Shown here one piece after another: positions 1 to 10,035 of a DNA stretch of 64,000 bases; the first letter of the stretch is position 1, and each line of letters starts with the position of its first letter. The stretch is from NCBI GenBank assembly GCA_965262785.1, contig OZ253559.1:923571-987570 (forward strand), written 5' to 3'. This DNA is from Rhodothermales bacterium. GTDB taxonomy: Bacteria; Bacteroidota; Rhodothermia; Rhodothermales; Bin80. The position numbers and the translations under genes were made by a program. The notes under the pieces were generated by a model that saw only the letters and a program-made list of their open reading frames with translations, did no database searches and had not been told where the DNA came from.

Positions 1-282
1 GTTGGGGTAATTCTTGGCAGCGTTGATGCCCCCTTGCGCCGCTATGGAGTGCGCACGCCGAGCAGAGTCCTGAATACAAAAATTCTTGACCTTGTAGCCG
101 AGGCCCGCCAGGGTCGCCGCAGCGGAGCCGCCGGCCAGTCCCGTTCCCACCACGACGATGGTGTGCTTACGCTTGTTGGCCGGGCTTACGAGCCCTACTG
201 TGTCCTTGTAGGCGTCCCATTTGTCCTGTAGCCGACCGGAGGGCACCTTGGCTTGCAGCGTGCTACGGGTAGGATTCTCCAT
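1..282 (-). CDS. sdhA: Succinate dehydrogenase/fumarate reductase flavoprotein subunit, N-terminal 94 codons (gene runs off the window start)
   Basis: Absent from the ORF track because it is open at the window edge. My translation of the reverse complement of 1..282 is [94 protein letters not shown]. It has the GxGxxG FAD fold and the [14 protein letters not shown] block typical of SdhA/FrdA. The ATG at 280-282 overlaps the stop of the upstream cytochrome b gene (ATGA). Confidence 0.9.
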   Translation of the reverse strand, partial: MENPTRSTLQAKVPSGRLQDKWDAYKDTVGLVSPANKRKHTIVVVGTGLAGGSAAATLAGLGYKVKNFCIQDSARRAHSIAAQGGINAAKNYPN

Positions 283-986
283 CACGAAAACTGGCTGAAG
301 TAGATCCAGAGAGGGACAACAACAAAGCCGACCCCTACAAAAAGGCCAAGTGCTGCGCCTGCCGGATACAAAATGGTGCTCAGCTTGGGTGATGTGAGAC
401 TCAGTGACTGCAAGGCGCTCCAGAAGCCGTGCCGCAGGTGGAACCCCAACAGGATGATGACTGCCGGGTATCCGAATGCATACAGTGGAGATTGAAACTT
501 CTCCGTCATCAGGCGCCGCAAGTCGCGAATCTGCTCTCCATCCACCGTAGCCACATAGCCTTCCGTCATGCCCGGTCCGAACTTGAAGTGGATCAGGTGC
601 AGTACAAGAAATACCAGGAGCACGATGCCCGAAATGATCATCGTCTTTGATGCTAGCGTCTGCCGACTCGGCGTGCCCGCGCTTCTGTACCTGGCATAGC
701 TGCCTCCTCGTGCCTTCCGCTTGCGGAGATATATGTTGACGCCAATGTAGGCGTGCAAGGCAAAGAATGCTGCCAGTCCGATTTCCAGGATGTAGAGTAC
801 GACGCCGTAGCTGGCCAGCTTATGCGCATACAGATTATACGCGTCTCCGCCTTGGAGGTAGGTGAGGTTGCCCAACATATGTACGATCACAAAAAGCACC
901 AAGCCGAGGCCCGTAAGGCCGGTAAGCACCTTACGGCCTACAGGCGACACGAGCGCATGGAGCAAGGACTTTGCGCGGTTCGACAT
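282..986 (-). CDS. sdhC: Succinate dehydrogenase/fumarate reductase cytochrome b subunit (Bacteroidetes type)
   Basis: 234-aa ORF with multiple hydrophobic helices and conserved His positions ([36 protein letters not shown]). It lies directly upstream of sdhA and is translationally coupled to it. Confidence 0.85.
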   Translation of the reverse strand: MSNRAKSLLHALVSPVGRKVLTGLTGLGLVLFVIVHMLGNLTYLQGGDAYNLYAHKLASYGVVLYILEIGLAAFFALHAYIGVNIYLRKRKARGGSYARYRSAGTPSRQTLASKTMIISGIVLLVFLVLHLIHFKFGPGMTEGYVATVDGEQIRDLRRLMTEKFQSPLYAFGYPAVIILLGFHLRHGFWSALQSLSLTSPKLSTILYPAGAALGLFVGVGFVVVPLWIYFSQFS

Positions 987-1674
987 AGCGTATCAGACGG
1001 ACGGCGATAAAGGTAGCAGAATTACGACTATCATGCATCTCGGCGCCGTTGGTCAGCTTGCATCACCGAACGGGTGTCAGGCAGGGTCCTACGTGGCGCC
1101 TCGGTGATACGATGTGGGCCGTACTGAGGTCCGGCCTGCGGTACCGTGCGCATGGCAACGCGAGCAGAAGACTCCTCCAGAAGTCATGGACATGCGGCGT
1201 CAGCAACCGGCCAAAGAGCCCTAGATCAGCAACCTTGATCACAAGGGGGCGTCACTGGTTTGCACCTGTGGTTACGTCCGGATTCAGTGCGAAGCTGGCA
1301 CTGGTAGATGTGGCCACCAATGTGAATCGCTTATGCCGAGTATAGAGCGCAAGTGCATCGCATACCGAATGGTCCGCCCGCAGATGGTAGCGCAACTGAG
1401 CGAGAGGACACGCGCGCATGCGCCATCAGGCACGACTCGGTAGGGCTATCCTGAAGAAAGCATCCATCGGGAGGTGCCGGGACATCGGATGCCCGGCGTG
1501 TTGTCAGCGCATGGTCGCACACGTGGCCGTGTCCAGCGCGGGGCGCCACGCACCACTGAATTGGCAAGTAGTCGGGATGAGCTGTTCCGGAGGCCAGACT
1601 CTGGCGGGCGAAGAGGACACCAATTCGTGCAAATGACGCAATACGTGCCCACTGGGCGCCCGGCCAGACAACAC

Positions 1675-2865
1675 CTACCGATGGCCAATGGGTACCACGC
1701 TCAAGTGGCGCGGCCCGCTGTAGCGAGCCCGCGGCCGGATCAGCCGATTCTCGTGCCACTGCTCCAGCAGATGCGCCATCCAGCCGGTGATGCGGCTCAT
1801 GGCGAAGATCGGCGTATAGAGGTCTACTTCAATGCCGAGCATGTAGTACATGGGCGCGGTGTAGAAGTCCACATTCGGGTTGAGGCCCTTCTCCGTTTCC
1901 ATCACATGCCGAATCTCCTCGCAGATCTTGCCCCACTTCTCTGCGTTACGCTCCTTGGCCAAGGCCATCATCATCTCACGCAGAATGGTGGCACGCGGGT
2001 CAATGACCCTGTAAACTCGATGCCCAAACCCCATAATGCGCTCCTTGCGTGCAAGCCTTGTGCGCACATAACTGGCCGGACTCTCGCCGGACTGATCGAT
2101 CTGGAGCAGCATCTTCATCACGCGCATGTTGGCACCACCGTGGAGTGGGCCGGAAAGGGCGCCGATAGCCCCCGAAGCCGCCGCATATACATCTGCCAAC
2201 GTGGAGCCGACAACGCGACCCGCGAAGGTGGACGCGTTAAGGCTGTGCTCAGCATGTAAGACGAGCGCGGTGTCCAAGGTCTTCTCGGCCTGCGGTCCTG
2301 GCCGCTCGCCGCTTAGCATGTATAGAAAGTTGAATGCGGTGGATCCGGTTCTAAGCGGCGTGATGGGGTCCTTACCGCAGCGCAGACGCGCAAAGGCCGC
2401 AACAATAGCCGGAATCCTGGCGGTCAGCCGAATTGACTTGCGGAGGTTGGCCTCTGCGCTCATGTCGCCCGCTTCCCCGTCAAAGTGGGCCAGCGCCGAA
2501 ACACATGTGCGCATTGCCGCCATAGGCGCCGCGTCTTCGGGCGTCAGCCGCAAGATGTCCAGTACCATTGGCGGCAGAATTCGCTCTGCACACAGGCGTG
2601 CCTCAAGGTCTTCCAGCTGGCTTCGCGTTGGCAGCGCGTCGCGCCAAAGCAGGTAAGCCACCTCTTCAAATGAGACATGGCGTGCCAGCGTGCGGATATC
2701 GTAACCCCGGTAGACAAGCTCGCCCTTTTGGCCGTCAATAAAGCAAATCGACGACTCCAGTGCGACTACGCCCTCTAGACCAGGTGTGCTTCGTGCCGGA
2801 GCAGCATTGCGCTTGATGCCATCACGTGCGGGGGCGGTCGAAAGGGCCATTGAGGAAGTGCACAC
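1675..2865 (-). CDS. gltA: Citrate synthase
   Basis: 396-aa ORF with citrate synthase signatures: GPLHGGAN and IMGFGHRVYRVIDPRA, plus a C-terminal SRITGWMAH block. The start could instead be the internal Met at 2850. Confidence 0.9.
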   Translation of the reverse strand: MCTSSMALSTAPARDGIKRNAAPARSTPGLEGVVALESSICFIDGQKGELVYRGYDIRTLARHVSFEEVAYLLWRDALPTRSQLEDLEARLCAERILPPMVLDILRLTPEDAAPMAAMRTCVSALAHFDGEAGDMSAEANLRKSIRLTARIPAIVAAFARLRCGKDPITPLRTGSTAFNFLYMLSGERPGPQAEKTLDTALVLHAEHSLNASTFAGRVVGSTLADVYAAASGAIGALSGPLHGGANMRVMKMLLQIDQSGESPASYVRTRLARKERIMGFGHRVYRVIDPRATILREMMMALAKERNAEKWGKICEEIRHVMETEKGLNPNVDFYTAPMYYMLGIEVDLYTPIFAMSRITGWMAHLLEQWHENRLIRPRARYSGPRHLSVVPIGHR

Positions 2866-3196
2866 TTACGTTGAACGGTATACGCAGGCAAGGGAACAAA
2901 GTGCCTGCATTGAGCAAGCGGGATCCTACGGGCACCCCGGCGGGTAGTACGACGGATCGCGTATCAGAAATACCCGAATTAAGCGCGATGAACCCGACTT
3001 CAATGGCCCGTTTTGTGGCCCTTTTCTTAATAACTCCAAGCCTTTGCGCGCTTTGTAGCGAGCGGCGCACCGTGTTGATTCTGCGCTCCCTCTGGAGCTG
3101 GATCCGCACGGGCTTGCACATCCGCCCGAGGATACGCCTGAGCATGCCTGAATTTTCAAGGGGTATGCACAGCACGCGCGCGCACCAGTTTTTGTC

Positions 3197-4861
3197 ATGG
3201 CCAAAGAGATCATCATCAACGCGGAGAAAGCACAGACGCAGATTGCCATCGTGGAAGATGGCACGCTGGCGGAACTCCATGTGGAGCACGCCAAGAGTGA
3301 GCGAACCGTGGGCGACATTTACCTCGGTCGGATCCGACGCCTTGTGCCAAGCATCAAGGCTGCCTTTGTAGACATTGGGCAGTCTCAAGATGCCTTTTTG
3401 CACTACACCGACTTGGATGAAAATCTGGCGCAGTTACTTTCTTATGCACAGGAAGAGGCGCCCAGCCTGCAGGAGAATCCTCCGCAGCTAGCGACACCGA
3501 AGCCCAAACGAAGCGCACGGCCCGGTTGGAAGCGCCGTAAACACGGGTCGCTGGACCTTCTGAAGAAGAACCAGCGCATCCTCGTGCAAGTCGTCAAAGA
3601 ACCGATCTCGACCAAGGGTACACGTGTGACCACCCGCATATCGCTGGCCGGTCGCTTTCTGGTGCTGGTTCCAGTGGCGGACCTCACCGCCGTGTCGCGC
3701 AAAATTTCTTCTCAGAAAGAACGCCGCCGCCTGCGTACCCTGGTGCAGCGACTCCGGCCGGCAGGCTTCGGCATCATTGTGCGCACGGTGGCCAAGGGAA
3801 AGGATCGCGCTGCGATAGAAAACGACCTGAAGTTGCTCTTGAAACGGTGGAGGCAACTGGAAAAGCAGATAGCCGGTACCGAGAAGGTGCCCGCCAAGGT
3901 GCATGCGGATGTCAACATGGTTTCGTCGATTATCCGGGACCTCTTTTCCAATGATTACGACCGAATCCTGGTCGATGAGCCTCGTATGCATCGCAACATT
4001 CAGCGGTACATCCAGGCTGTAGCGCCGCATCTGGCCCGTGTCGTGAAGCTGCACAAAGACAGTCGCCCCATATTCCAGGTTACCAAGCTCCAGTCGACCA
4101 TTGAAGACGTCTTTAGCCAGAACGTGCAGCTGCCCTCGGGTGGTTACCTCGTCATTGAGCAGACGGAGGCGATGCATGTCATTGACGTAAACTCGGGAAG
4201 CGGTCGACAGACGAGAAACATGAGTCACGAGGAATACGCGCTCAAGGTGAACCTGGAGGCCGCGCGCGTTGTGGCTCGACAGGCGCGACTGCGCGACCTG
4301 GGCGGCATCATTGTGGTCGACTTTATTGATATCCGCGACTTGAAAGATCGCCAGAAGGTCTTTGAGGTGCTCAAGGAGGGTTTTCAATCGGACCGCGCGG
4401 CGACCAAAGTCTTGCCGATGAGCGACATCTGTCTCATCCAGATCACGCGGCAGCGCACGCGCCCGAGCATCACAGCGCGAGACGGCTCGGCGTCCGATGA
4501 ACCGCTCCGAGGCGGACATGCCTCGCCACGAGACCTGGTCGCCTCAATGGAGGCATGGTTGGGTGCCCATTGTAACGGCTCCTCCGCTAAGCTCTTCCTG
4601 CATGTGCATCCCTTTACGGCGGCTTACCTCAAGCGCGGAGTTACGAGCCTATGGCTCCAGTGGCAGCTGCGCCACAAGGTGCGTATAGTACTTAAGGAAA
4701 AGCCCAAAATGAATGTGATGGGCTATCGTTTTGAATTGCCCAGCGGTCCGCGCCAGAATCGCGCACCGGTTGACGTTTCACAGCAGCGCAGCGGGAGCGG
4801 CAACGGAGCGAGGCACTCCAGGAAGCGGCCGGTAGTAGCAGCCGAGGAGGATGCAGCGTGA
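3197..4861 (+). CDS. rng: Ribonuclease E/G family endoribonuclease
   Basis: 554-aa ORF. The N-terminal S1-like block is DIYLGRIRRLVPSIKAAFVDIG. The catalytic core (HVIDVNSG, GGIIVVDFID) is typical of RNase E/G. It has a basic C-terminal tail. Confidence 0.85.
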   Translation: MAKEIIINAEKAQTQIAIVEDGTLAELHVEHAKSERTVGDIYLGRIRRLVPSIKAAFVDIGQSQDAFLHYTDLDENLAQLLSYAQEEAPSLQENPPQLATPKPKRSARPGWKRRKHGSLDLLKKNQRILVQVVKEPISTKGTRVTTRISLAGRFLVLVPVADLTAVSRKISSQKERRRLRTLVQRLRPAGFGIIVRTVAKGKDRAAIENDLKLLLKRWRQLEKQIAGTEKVPAKVHADVNMVSSIIRDLFSNDYDRILVDEPRMHRNIQRYIQAVAPHLARVVKLHKDSRPIFQVTKLQSTIEDVFSQNVQLPSGGYLVIEQTEAMHVIDVNSGSGRQTRNMSHEEYALKVNLEAARVVARQARLRDLGGIIVVDFIDIRDLKDRQKVFEVLKEGFQSDRAATKVLPMSDICLIQITRQRTRPSITARDGSASDEPLRGGHASPRDLVASMEAWLGAHCNGSSAKLFLHVHPFTAAYLKRGVTSLWLQWQLRHKVRIVLKEKPKMNVMGYRFELPSGPRQNRAPVDVSQQRSGSGNGARHSRKRPVVAAEEDAA

Positions 4862-5544
4862 AGAGCCGCCCAGCCGCTCTTGCTGTTGCGCTAGGCCTGT
4901 GCCTGCTGGCGCCTGTGCCAGTGGCTTCACAGCCCGTCGCAGTGCGTGCAGTGAGTGTGGCAGTCGGCGCCGTGGGCTTTGCCCATACCGGAAACAGCGC
5001 TGCGGGCCGGCACTACGAATACGAAGGGCCGGTGCTGGCGGTTGTTTACCAGCAGCCCAGCCTAATTGCTTCGGCTGCGCTGGGAACGGGTAGCCCTACG
5101 CTGCTGGACTTAGCAATATCCGGCTGGTTGGGCTTGCGCGCGCTGGAAGTCCAGAAACGCGGCCTGAAAGTACCCGTAATTCTGACAATCGGCCACCGTC
5201 GCGCCTACACAAGTAGTAAGGCATGGTGGGACGCTACGCGGTTTGGGGTGGGCGTGGGCGTTCAATGGGCGCCCCCGCAAACAGATCTGACAGTGCGTGC
5301 CAACCCTACGCTAAGCGTGGTGACGAGTACGTTGGCTACAGGCTATGGCTTTGCTCCAGGGGCGGAAGCGGACGCAGCCCTGGTGCTAGCGCAGGTGCGA
5401 CCTGGAATGTACCTGGAGCTGGGTTACAACTTCAGGTTTCAGGTTTGGAATATCAATCCGCCACGGGATGTGACCTCAGAGCTAAGTCGCTCCCTTGACT
5501 ATGAGTGCGTGATGCATGTCGCGCGTCTGGGGCTCCGCTTCTAG
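4858..5544 (+). CDS. Hypothetical secreted / outer-membrane beta-barrel-like protein
   Basis: GTG start overlaps the rng stop (GTGA). Signal peptide KSRPAALAVALGLCLLAPVPVASQ, alternating beta-strand-like pattern, C-terminal aromatic residue (..RLGLRF). I do not recognise a family. Confidence 0.55.
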   Translation: MKSRPAALAVALGLCLLAPVPVASQPVAVRAVSVAVGAVGFAHTGNSAAGRHYEYEGPVLAVVYQQPSLIASAALGTGSPTLLDLAISGWLGLRALEVQKRGLKVPVILTIGHRRAYTSSKAWWDATRFGVGVGVQWAPPQTDLTVRANPTLSVVTSTLATGYGFAPGAEADAALVLAQVRPGMYLELGYNFRFQVWNINPPRDVTSELSRSLDYECVMHVARLGLRF

Positions 5545-5545
5545 T

Positions 5546-5809
5546 ATGCGTCTTAAGCCACGGCGGCTGGTTCGGGCAATGGAAGACGCTGCCACGCGGC
5601 TCGGCGTCACCATTCGGTGGGAAAAAGGACAGTTCCACGGGGGACGCTGTACAATTGAAGGCAAGGAAATCGTAGTCCTCAACAAGCGGAATCCAGCAGA
5701 AACGCAATTGGCCATCCTTGCGGAAGTGCTGCAAGAACTCCCCTTGGATTCCATATACATTCGTCCGGCCGTGCGCGAGGACATCAACGCCCTCCTTGTA
5801 AAGGACTGA
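5546..5809 (+). CDS. Hypothetical small protein (87 aa)
   Basis: The internal ATG at 5546 sits 1 nt after the stop of the preceding gene. The ORF ends 1 nt before the next gene, so it is packed into the operon. No family recognised. Confidence 0.45.
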   Translation: MRLKPRRLVRAMEDAATRLGVTIRWEKGQFHGGRCTIEGKEIVVLNKRNPAETQLAILAEVLQELPLDSIYIRPAVREDINALLVKD

Positions 5810-5810
5810 C

Positions 5811-6593
5811 ATGCGGGTCACTCTCCTGGGGACGGGGACATCGGTAGGCATTCCGATTATCGGCTGTACCTGCACGGTCTGTACGTCAACAGATCCGCGG
5901 GACGTGCGTACGCGCTGCTCCTGCCACATCCAGATGCCCGGGCTAAGCATCGTCATTGATGCGGGCCCCGACTTCCGGCAGCAAGCGCTCCGTGAAAGTC
6001 TTATCTCCATTGACGCGCTGCTGATCACCCATCACCACAATGACCATGTCGCGGGGCTGGATGAACTCAGGCCGTATTTCTTTGACAACCGGAAGCCCTT
6101 GCCGTGCTACGCCAGCGACGCGGCGCAGCGAACACTGCGGCAGATGTTTCCATGGATATTTGATCCTCACGCCAGGTACGCCGCGGCACCCAAACTGCAG
6201 CTGAAGGCATGTACGCACCCGTTTCAGGTGCGTAGCCGTTACGGCGGCCCTGCATCGGTACTCGTTTGGCCCATAGAACTGCGCCACGGAAACATGGACG
6301 TGCTCGGCTTCCGGATCGAACGTTTTGCGTACCTTACTGACACCAGCCATGTGCCCGAGAAAGCATACGACGACCTGCAAGACCTGGATGTACTTGTCAT
6401 AGATGCCTTGAGGCATAAGCCGCACAGCAAGCACCTAACTATCGGAGAGGCGGTTGCGGTGGCGGCACGTGTGAGAGCGCGCCAGACGATTTTGATTCAT
6501 ATGACCCACGGCGTAAAGCATTCCGAGGAGGATGCCAAGCTGCCTGACGGGGTCATGTTAGGGTATGACGGCCTTTCCTTTGGTGTGCACTGA
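5811..6593 (+). CDS. MBL-fold metallo-hydrolase (PhnP-like)
   Basis: 260 aa. N-terminal LLGTGTSVGIP and a Cys cluster CTCTVC. Metallo-beta-lactamase motif HHHNDHVAG. Confidence 0.8.
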   Translation: MRVTLLGTGTSVGIPIIGCTCTVCTSTDPRDVRTRCSCHIQMPGLSIVIDAGPDFRQQALRESLISIDALLITHHHNDHVAGLDELRPYFFDNRKPLPCYASDAAQRTLRQMFPWIFDPHARYAAAPKLQLKACTHPFQVRSRYGGPASVLVWPIELRHGNMDVLGFRIERFAYLTDTSHVPEKAYDDLQDLDVLVIDALRHKPHSKHLTIGEAVAVAARVRARQTILIHMTHGVKHSEEDAKLPDGVMLGYDGLSFGVH

Positions 6594-6598
6594 CTACT

Positions 6599-7018
6599 GT
6601 GAAGATTCTCATTCTTAATGGACCCAACCTTAACCTGCTCGGCGAGCGGGACCCCGGAGTCTATGGGTTTTTTTCGCTCAAGACCATTGAGGAGAACCTG
6701 GTCCGGGCATTTGAACAGGTGGATTTCGAGTTTTTTCAGAGCAACTCGGAGGGCGCCTTGATCGATCGGTTGCACGCAGCGCATGCCGACAAGGTGGTTG
6801 GTGTGGTGTTTAACCCAGGCGCGTATACTCACACATCGGTGGCGCTTCGGGATGCCATTGCAGCCATCACGCCGCCGGTCGTGGAGGTGCACATCTCCAA
6901 CATCTACGCGCGCGAGGAATATCGGCACCGCTCAATAACTGCGCCCGCGTGTGCAGGACAGATTTCAGGTCTTGGTACGCGCGGCTACATCCTGGCCGTG
7001 GCCTACCTCATCCAATAA
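6599..7018 (+). CDS. aroQ: 3-dehydroquinate dehydratase, type II
   Basis: 139 aa. ILILNGPNLNLLGERDPGVYG and FNPGAYTHTSVALRDA are classic AroQ blocks. Confidence 0.92.
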   Translation: MKILILNGPNLNLLGERDPGVYGFFSLKTIEENLVRAFEQVDFEFFQSNSEGALIDRLHAAHADKVVGVVFNPGAYTHTSVALRDAIAAITPPVVEVHISNIYAREEYRHRSITAPACAGQISGLGTRGYILAVAYLIQ

Positions 7019-8665
7019 GGCTGACCGGTGGTCCCAGCGCATGACGACGGGCAGGTGCCTCCCCGCACCAAAGGCTTTGGATGTGACTCTCAGGCAAGGT
7101 GAAGCCTGCCTTCTTTTGTATTCGTTGCGATCAACCTGGCGGAGCGTCTTTGCTACGAGGGCTTCGTCAAAACCTGTGGCTTGAGAAATCTGCTGCAAAT
7201 TCTGCTGCTCTTCTATGTACCTGCGCAGCACTTCATCGAGAACCTCGTAAGGAGGCAGGGAATCCTGGTCCGTCTGGTTGGGGCGCAGCTCAGCGGAGGG
7301 CGCCTTGCAGATGGTGTTCTCCGGGATTCTTGTACCGCACCGGTTTATGAAGCGGGCAAGCCGGTAGACGTGGCCCTTCAATACATCGCCGAGCACACTC
7401 AGCCCGCCATTCATGTCACCATAGAGCGTGGCATAGCCCACCGACAACTCGCTCTTGTTGCCAGTAGACAGCAGGAGGTAGTTGAACTTGTTGGATAGCG
7501 CCATCAGGATAGTACCCCGTGCCCTGGCCTGGATGTTCTCTTCGGCAACATCCGGCGCGGTGCCCGCAAAGGAACTTGCCAGCGCCTTGCCAAAGGCGGC
7601 CACGGCACCCTTGATCGGAATGGTGACCAGCGGGATCTCCAGCGCACCCGCCAGGGCCGCGGCATCATCGACGCTGTGCGCTGAAGAATACTTTGACGGC
7701 ATAGACACACCTACAACCCTGTCTGAACCCAGAGCGCGCACGGCCAGCGCACAGGTGACGGCGGAGTCAATGCCACCCGAAAGCCCGATTACTACCTTGG
7801 TAAAGACATCCGCCTTGCAGAAGTAGTCACGTATTCCGAGCACCAGGGCATCGTGGAGCCGAGCAATGGAATCCGCTGGCGGCGCAGGCGTGCCAGCAGA
7901 CCCGTCTGTGTCCCAGAGTGCCAGTGCTTCCTCAAACGCCTTCATGCGCAGCAGCACCTGGCCGCCCGGCCCAAAAACGCAGCTGGTTCCATCAAAGACG
8001 AGCTCCGTATTCGCGCCGACCTGGTTCACGAAGACGTACGGGATGCCGTGCGTCCTGGTGCTATGGGCGATAAGCTCCTCGCTTCCAGCGCGCGTGCCAA
8101 TTGCAAAGGGGGACGCGCAGATGTTTACGAATAAGTCTGCCCCGGCGGCAGCAAGCTCTGCGACGGGATTCGCGTCATACAACATGTGGGCCGCGGGCTT
8201 GGTGTTCCAGAGGTCTTCGCAGACATGAATGCCAAGGGCCAAGCCGCGCCAGCGGACGGCATCGCGGCGAACGCCCGGCTCGAAGTGGCGGCGCTCGTCA
8301 AACACGTCATATGTAGGCAACAGTGCCTTATGTACTTCGCCTAGCTTTTTGCCGTCTTCGTACAGAAACGCGGCATTGTGCAGGGGCTTGCCTGCCCCGC
8401 GCTCATTTGGCGCGAGCCCGCCCACGATGAGGCCCAGCGAGGGTGCGATGGCCTTGGCCAGTGCCTCGCGCGTCCTTTTCTCTTCTCTTACGAAGGGGGC
8501 GTGCTCAAGCAAGTCGTGCGGCGGGTAGCCGACCAGCGAGAGTTCAGGAAATACCACCAGGTCCGCCGATTGCTCGTGTGCCTTGTGGCAAAAGGCAAGT
8601 ATTTTGTCGGCATTACCGCGCAGGTCTCCGACAAGGGGGTTAATCTGGGCCAGTGCTATTTTCAC
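6965..8665 (-). CDS. nadE: Glutamine-dependent NAD+ synthetase
   Basis: 566 aa. N-terminal CN-hydrolase domain (MKIALAQINP.., FPELSLVGYP) and C-terminal NAD synthase domain with the SGGIDS PP-loop (GLSGGIDSAV). Its 3' end overlaps aroQ convergently by 54 nt. Confidence 0.92.
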   Translation of the reverse strand: MKIALAQINPLVGDLRGNADKILAFCHKAHEQSADLVVFPELSLVGYPPHDLLEHAPFVREEKRTREALAKAIAPSLGLIVGGLAPNERGAGKPLHNAAFLYEDGKKLGEVHKALLPTYDVFDERRHFEPGVRRDAVRWRGLALGIHVCEDLWNTKPAAHMLYDANPVAELAAAGADLFVNICASPFAIGTRAGSEELIAHSTRTHGIPYVFVNQVGANTELVFDGTSCVFGPGGQVLLRMKAFEEALALWDTDGSAGTPAPPADSIARLHDALVLGIRDYFCKADVFTKVVIGLSGGIDSAVTCALAVRALGSDRVVGVSMPSKYSSAHSVDDAAALAGALEIPLVTIPIKGAVAAFGKALASSFAGTAPDVAEENIQARARGTILMALSNKFNYLLLSTGNKSELSVGYATLYGDMNGGLSVLGDVLKGHVYRLARFINRCGTRIPENTICKAPSAELRPNQTDQDSLPPYEVLDEVLRRYIEEQQNLQQISQATGFDEALVAKTLRQVDRNEYKRRQASPCLRVTSKAFGAGRHLPVVMRWDHRSALLDEVGHGQDVAARTKT

Positions 8666-8720
8666 GCGGGATCAACGCTTTGATGCTCCTGTACCACTTC
8701 ATTCACCGATAGGCCGAGCC

Positions 8721-10031
8721 ATGAAACTCCTTTGCACCTTCTTACTATCGGCAACCGTTTTTGCTGCCTCTGCGGGCGCGGCGCAGGATGTTGCTTTTGT
8801 GAACGCTAACGTGATCACGATGGAAGATCATGAAGTGACGCCCGGCGCAACGGTGCTGGTCAGTGGGGACCGCATAGTAGCGGTGGGTCCGGACGTTGCG
8901 GTGCCGGCAGGTGCCTTGCGCGTCGACGCCACCGGAAAATTCCTGTTGCCGGGTCTTGCCGAGATGCACGGGCATGTGCCGCGCCCGGATGAACCAGCAC
9001 AGTATACCGAGGATGTGCTCTTCCTGTATGTGGCCAACGGTATCACAACTGTGCGCGGCATGCTTGGCGCCCCGGGACAGCTGGAATTGCGCAGGCGTGC
9101 CAACAGCAGCGAAATCGTTGCGCCTACCTTGTATCTGGCCGGCCCTAGCTTCAGCGGTGGTTCCATCAGTTCGCCGGAGCAAGCCGTGGAACGGGCGCGC
9201 CGCCAGAAGGAAGAAGGGTGGAATTTGCTTAAGATCCACCCCGGTTTGACTATGGAGGAGTACGACGCCATGGCCACCACGGCGCAGGAAGTCGGCATAC
9301 GCTTTGGCGGCCATGTGCCGGCAGATGTGGGCCTGATGCACGCCATAGACCGGGGTCAGGAGACCTTCGACCATGTCGACGGGTACGTGGAGTATCTGCG
9401 GACCATGAATGCCGACGAGATCGATGAAGAGGCACTGGCGCACGCAATAGCACGTACGAAAGAGGCTGGGGCGTGGGTCGTGCCAACCATGGCGTTATGG
9501 GAATATCTCTTTGGTTATGTTGACGCCGATGTCCTCGACGCTTATCCAGAGCTCAAGTACATGCCGCCGGGCGTGGTCGAAAGCTGGTCCCGTCGTACCC
9601 GCCGCGTGCAGAGTGATTTGGATCGCGCGGCTGCGGAGGAGCTTATCGCTTGGCGCATGCACGTTCTGGGTGCGTTGCATCGTGAGGGCGCGCGTATCCT
9701 GATGGGTACCGATGCACCACAGGTTTTCAGCGTTCCGGGTTTTTCGCTGCACCGCGAACTCACGCGCATGGTGGATGCCGGCATGGATCCGTATTCAATT
9801 CTCGTTTCAGGGACGGTTAATGTCGGTGAGTACTTTTCCAATGAGGACACGTTTGGCACGGTGACGGCAGGCGCACGTGCGGACTTGCTCTTGGTCGACG
9901 GCAACCCACTGGAAGATGTAGCACATCTTGCGGGGCCTTCGGGAGTGATGGTCCGTGGCCATTGGCTTTCGCGGGAGGCGCTTGATGCTGGCTTGGCAGC
10001 CATCGCTGCCCGCTACGCGATTAACCCTTAG
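8721..10031 (+). CDS. Secreted amidohydrolase family protein
   Basis: The track ORF starts at 8583 inside nadE antisense sequence. I prefer the ATG at 8721, which gives the signal peptide MKLLCTFLLSATVFAASAGAAQ. It has the amidohydrolase metal motif GLAEMHGHV and a C-terminal GARADLLLVDGNP block. Confidence 0.8.
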   Translation: MKLLCTFLLSATVFAASAGAAQDVAFVNANVITMEDHEVTPGATVLVSGDRIVAVGPDVAVPAGALRVDATGKFLLPGLAEMHGHVPRPDEPAQYTEDVLFLYVANGITTVRGMLGAPGQLELRRRANSSEIVAPTLYLAGPSFSGGSISSPEQAVERARRQKEEGWNLLKIHPGLTMEEYDAMATTAQEVGIRFGGHVPADVGLMHAIDRGQETFDHVDGYVEYLRTMNADEIDEEALAHAIARTKEAGAWVVPTMALWEYLFGYVDADVLDAYPELKYMPPGVVESWSRRTRRVQSDLDRAAAEELIAWRMHVLGALHREGARILMGTDAPQVFSVPGFSLHRELTRMVDAGMDPYSILVSGTVNVGEYFSNEDTFGTVTAGARADLLLVDGNPLEDVAHLAGPSGVMVRGHWLSREALDAGLAAIAARYAINP

Positions 10032-10035
10032 CGGT

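Noticed and set aside
34-231. 65-aa plus-strand ORF at the window start
   Set aside because: It is antisense to the clearly recognisable sdhA N-terminus.
6965-7018. 54-nt convergent overlap of aroQ and nadE
   Set aside because: It is explained by a non-conserved C-terminal tail on NadE (..DHRSALLDEVGHGQDVAARTKT). There is no evidence of regulatory significance.
8583-8720. Upstream extensions of several track ORFs (8583, 9955, 24510, 42230, 23765 on the plus strand; 23910, 37804, 28017, 30866, 53193 on the minus strand)
   Set aside because: The extensions overlap neighbouring genes or are Arg-rich and start with GTG/TTG. Internal starts give proper signal peptides or family-typical N-termini.
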